A program made the position numbers and the translations under genes. DNA of 64,000 nt. Source: Blasia pusilla (lineage: Eukaryota). Numbering within the stretch: the first letter of the stretch is position 1; the number at the start of each line of letters is the position of its first letter. The notes below the pieces were generated by a model, which saw only the letters and a list, made by a program, of their open reading frames with translations, made no database searches and was not told the DNA's origin. The stretch covers positions 35,836,001-35,900,000 of the forward strand of contig CM114271.1 of the NCBI GenBank assembly GCA_050084515.1, written 5' to 3'. This document shows positions 61,121-64,000 of this stretch, one piece after another.

Positions 61121-63063
61121 TTGAAGACTTGCAAGTGTATTATCCAAGGTGCTGAGAAGGCTATACATGTTGCATATGTTGGTAGCGGTGATCTCTGCCA
61201 TAAAACAAAGTCCTCCAAAAAGAGGCCTAGCTTGGTGGTGGTGGATCCGACATTACCTTCTCGGCGAGGTGCAAGAATTTCCTCATCCTCACAACCACGG
61301 AATTTCATTGAGGAGGGATCTACAATGCATGAGGACGAGGACGTGGATCCGAACTACAAGATGGAAGAAGAACCCATGTGTTCAAGTGGAGGTGATGAAG
61401 ATTGCCCAAATCTGCCCCCGCAAGTATATAATTATCCCTTCCATTCGTATTATTTTGTCATTTATTGATATTTTCACTTGAAAAAGTTCCTTTGTGGAAT
61501 CCAAATTAATTGTTGGGATTGTTTATTTCTTTATGTGTTGACTAGATGTACAGGTTTCCCTTGGACCAGGTCCTTCTAGATCAATCGCTCCTGGTTCAGA
61601 TTCATTCCGGTTGACTCATGGTAGATCCGGGGTGGTAGACCCTGGAAATGTAAGTTTTCTTGCACTTATTTCCTTGTTACCTTAAAACTATGAGCTCAGC
61701 TTGTCTTCAATTACATCAAGTAGTTTCAAAATATTAGGTTGACACTTTCAGATTACTAGTATTTTATTCTTCATTTTAATTGATTAAATTTTTGGATATC
61801 CCAATTATGTTCATCATGTAGATGCAACCTGGAGTGGATCCAAAAGCACCATATACATAAGGTCTGGATTCTTCAAATCCAATGCATGTGGGAGGTAAAG
61901 CTTACAAACTCGTCGCCATACCTAGAGGGCCCTCACCCATAGGGTCTGAGAGTCCACCAGTCATGTTGCCCCCACAAGCACGCAACACGTCTTGGAGTAG
62001 TGATTCGCAACGTGCTTCTTTTGAGAACTCAGAGAAATGGCATGAGTATCAATGGCGTTCACAAGGTGATGGTTTGTTTGGTAGATCAGTTGCCCCTCCG
62101 GGATATAAAGGTCACACATCCCATGATGAGACCTCCTCAAGAAGAGAATGGGATGATGAGTGGAGAGGAAGAGAAACTCCCCATCTATATGGGATTGGGT
62201 TGAATGGTATGGGCTTGCCCCAGAACAAGAGTTCAAATTGGGCAAGGGAGGGAAGATCCCAATCTCAAATGTTTGGGAACTTTCCACGACCAAGCTTGGA
62301 AATGTATGCGGGATATCCCAAAGGATCAGATCCTTATGGTGTCCAAAGCCATGTACATGGAAGTGATCCAGGAAAAATTGGATTTGGACCATCGGAAAGT
62401 TATAATCTGGGGAATCAGCAAAGACGTAGTAGGGACTTCATTCCAAACTATATATATCATAGTCAAGGCATCTCACAGCCATATCAGAATTCTAGTCATA
62501 ACAAAGATCCAGCAGAGACCAACCAAGCACCCCATGGATATACTGAGTAGAAATGCTCTAAACACCCACCGTATGATGTAAGTACTATCTGATTTTAGGT
62601 AAAGATTTCCTTGTTGTTTTAAAACCTTGCATATGTTGATGTTGAGTGAATTCCAAATCCTTGATTGGATTAGACCTAATTTACAAGTTTCCAAATGTTA
62701 GTATTTAACATTCTTTCTTGTTTATTTTTTTAGAGATCTATGGAGTTTACAACCACTAGGAGTCAATCATGTACTACTCGACCTGGTACACATTCCATTC
62801 ATGTTTTAGGTGCCACGTTTCATAACCAGGAGCGTTTGTATCAGTCCACCCCATCTCCAACAACTCACACTTTGGAAGTAGATTGCGCAAGGTCCTCTCC
62901 CCAGTCTCTTTCTACCATAAGTCTCGCTTAGTGCGACGAGATCCATTTCCTCGTTTACCTACATGGATCATAGTGAAGATCAAGCAAACAAGGGTTCATC
63001 AAGAACATCATATTGTAACAATATCAGAATAATCTGTTACTCTTGAAGAAACTAGTTTGCAAA
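61121..63063 (+). pseudogene. CACTA second ORF (TnpA-like), 5' exons in the inverted segment
   Basis: Exon-like low-complexity frames (61121-61468, 61882-62550, about 62735-63063) separated by AT-rich GT-AG introns. The last reads ...EETSLQT and joins IVRNHMEE at 56700 on the minus strand. Confidence 0.55.
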
Positions 63064-63732
63064 CTATAGCTATGTTGGGTAAATTATGTGCTCGTGTAAT
63101 ATTAAATAGGTGCATAACAAATGCCAACATTGATACTCTAGCACTGGAATAAAGAGGCTTACATGCATCAGCCATATCATCGTCTATATTTTTAGGGTCT
63201 TCATCCATGTCCATCTGATCATTGTTCCCATCTATTTCCCCACTATCCGATCTGCCTTCTTTGTCATGAAGATCACCGTATTGGGAAAAAAGTTCATTCA
63301 ATATTTTGTGCATATCAACTTCGTTATCTACGCCTTCTTGGTATGCTAGAGGTTGAGATTTGGTGAGATCTGCTGGCCCATCATGGTCTGCATATTCACA
63401 CGTTTAGCAAAATTCATGACAATGGCTTCATGTACTATTCTCTCATGCTCATCTTGTTTCAACTAGTCATCATCAGAGGAGTCCCATTATTCTCTACCTT
63501 TCCATATCCTACATAGAGAGAAACGTCGGTTTTTTCGTAAATGTTCCTCCACTTTGGGCAAGGAAATACTTCTTTGTCCTTTGCATACACTACAAGGACA
63601 CCTAACTTGCTTTATACCATCCCTTCTAGCATGAGCCTGCTCTCGGCACGAAATTTTAAAGTCATGTCGTGAAATTCTATCCATATGATTATGTGGTTGT
63701 CTACCCTTGCTGGCGCTCGGCGACTGGCTCAT
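63064..63732 (-). pseudogene. CACTA TnpD transposase N-terminus (transposase-associated domain)
   Basis: VRCPCSVCKGQRSISLPKVEEHLRKN, then DACKPLYSSARVSMLAFVMHLFNITRAHNLPNIAI, which normally precedes xQLLKLL...LPxxN. Confidence 0.85.
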
Positions 63733-64000
63733 GGTGATTTTGGCTAGTCATTAGGGGATGCAGAGCTTCTAATGAACCTCAAAATAGAAAAGAAAATGAT
63801 GATTAGCTCTATTGATCATATGGAGTTTTATGATTTCAATGACTTAAACATTCATCAATTTCAAATTTTGATAGAATTATAAGAGAATGAAAGTATATGT
63901 GTATTTTTCAGAGACTATAAGCTCCACTTGTCAACTGCAATACCACAAGATACATACATTATCCGGTCAATTTCAATGATTATTATGTCTGACATCTACA

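Larger units (their letters stand above)
53625..64000 (-). mobile_element. CACTA/EnSpm DNA transposon, runs off the window end, with an internal inversion
   Basis: Terminus CACTAGAATAATAAGG at 53625, ATGACT/AGTCAT subterminal repeats to about 54260, and TnpD- and TnpA-like coding pieces inside. Confidence 0.88.

Overview
Eukaryotic, intron-containing, transposon-rich plant DNA. The element mix (CRE-like non-LTR relics, a PHD-bearing Gypsy integrase) suggests a seed-free land plant such as a bryophyte; this is inference. Three host genes look intact: an intronless LysM-RLK-related cytoplasmic pseudokinase (9037-10422, -), a 5-exon phosphoglycerate mutase-like AT74-type histidine phosphatase (39469-43567, -; one GC-AG intron) and, divergent from it, a 3-exon BTB/POZ gene (44927-48341, +). 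The rest is mostly mobile DNA: Gypsy gag and LTR pieces (1-3400), two CRE-like RLE non-LTR relics (about 3.8-4.15 kb and 50.2-52.2 kb), a full-length hAT element with an 8-bp TSD (14144-18330), a degenerate Helitron with a recognisable 3' end (20375 to about 24480), a Copia RNase H/LTR piece, a Gypsy integrase-PHD piece with an LTR-LTR junction (31.2-32.7 kb), an intronic 5'-truncated LINE with an 11-bp TSD, and a CACTA element (53625 to beyond 64000) whose central ~6.4 kb is inverted. The most unusual signals are tandem tRNA-like units right after the hAT transposase, the CACTA internal inversion, the integrase-PHD fusion and several unassigned coding-like relics. I cannot support a wholly new biological system with confidence. 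All coordinates were read by eye and no searches were run.
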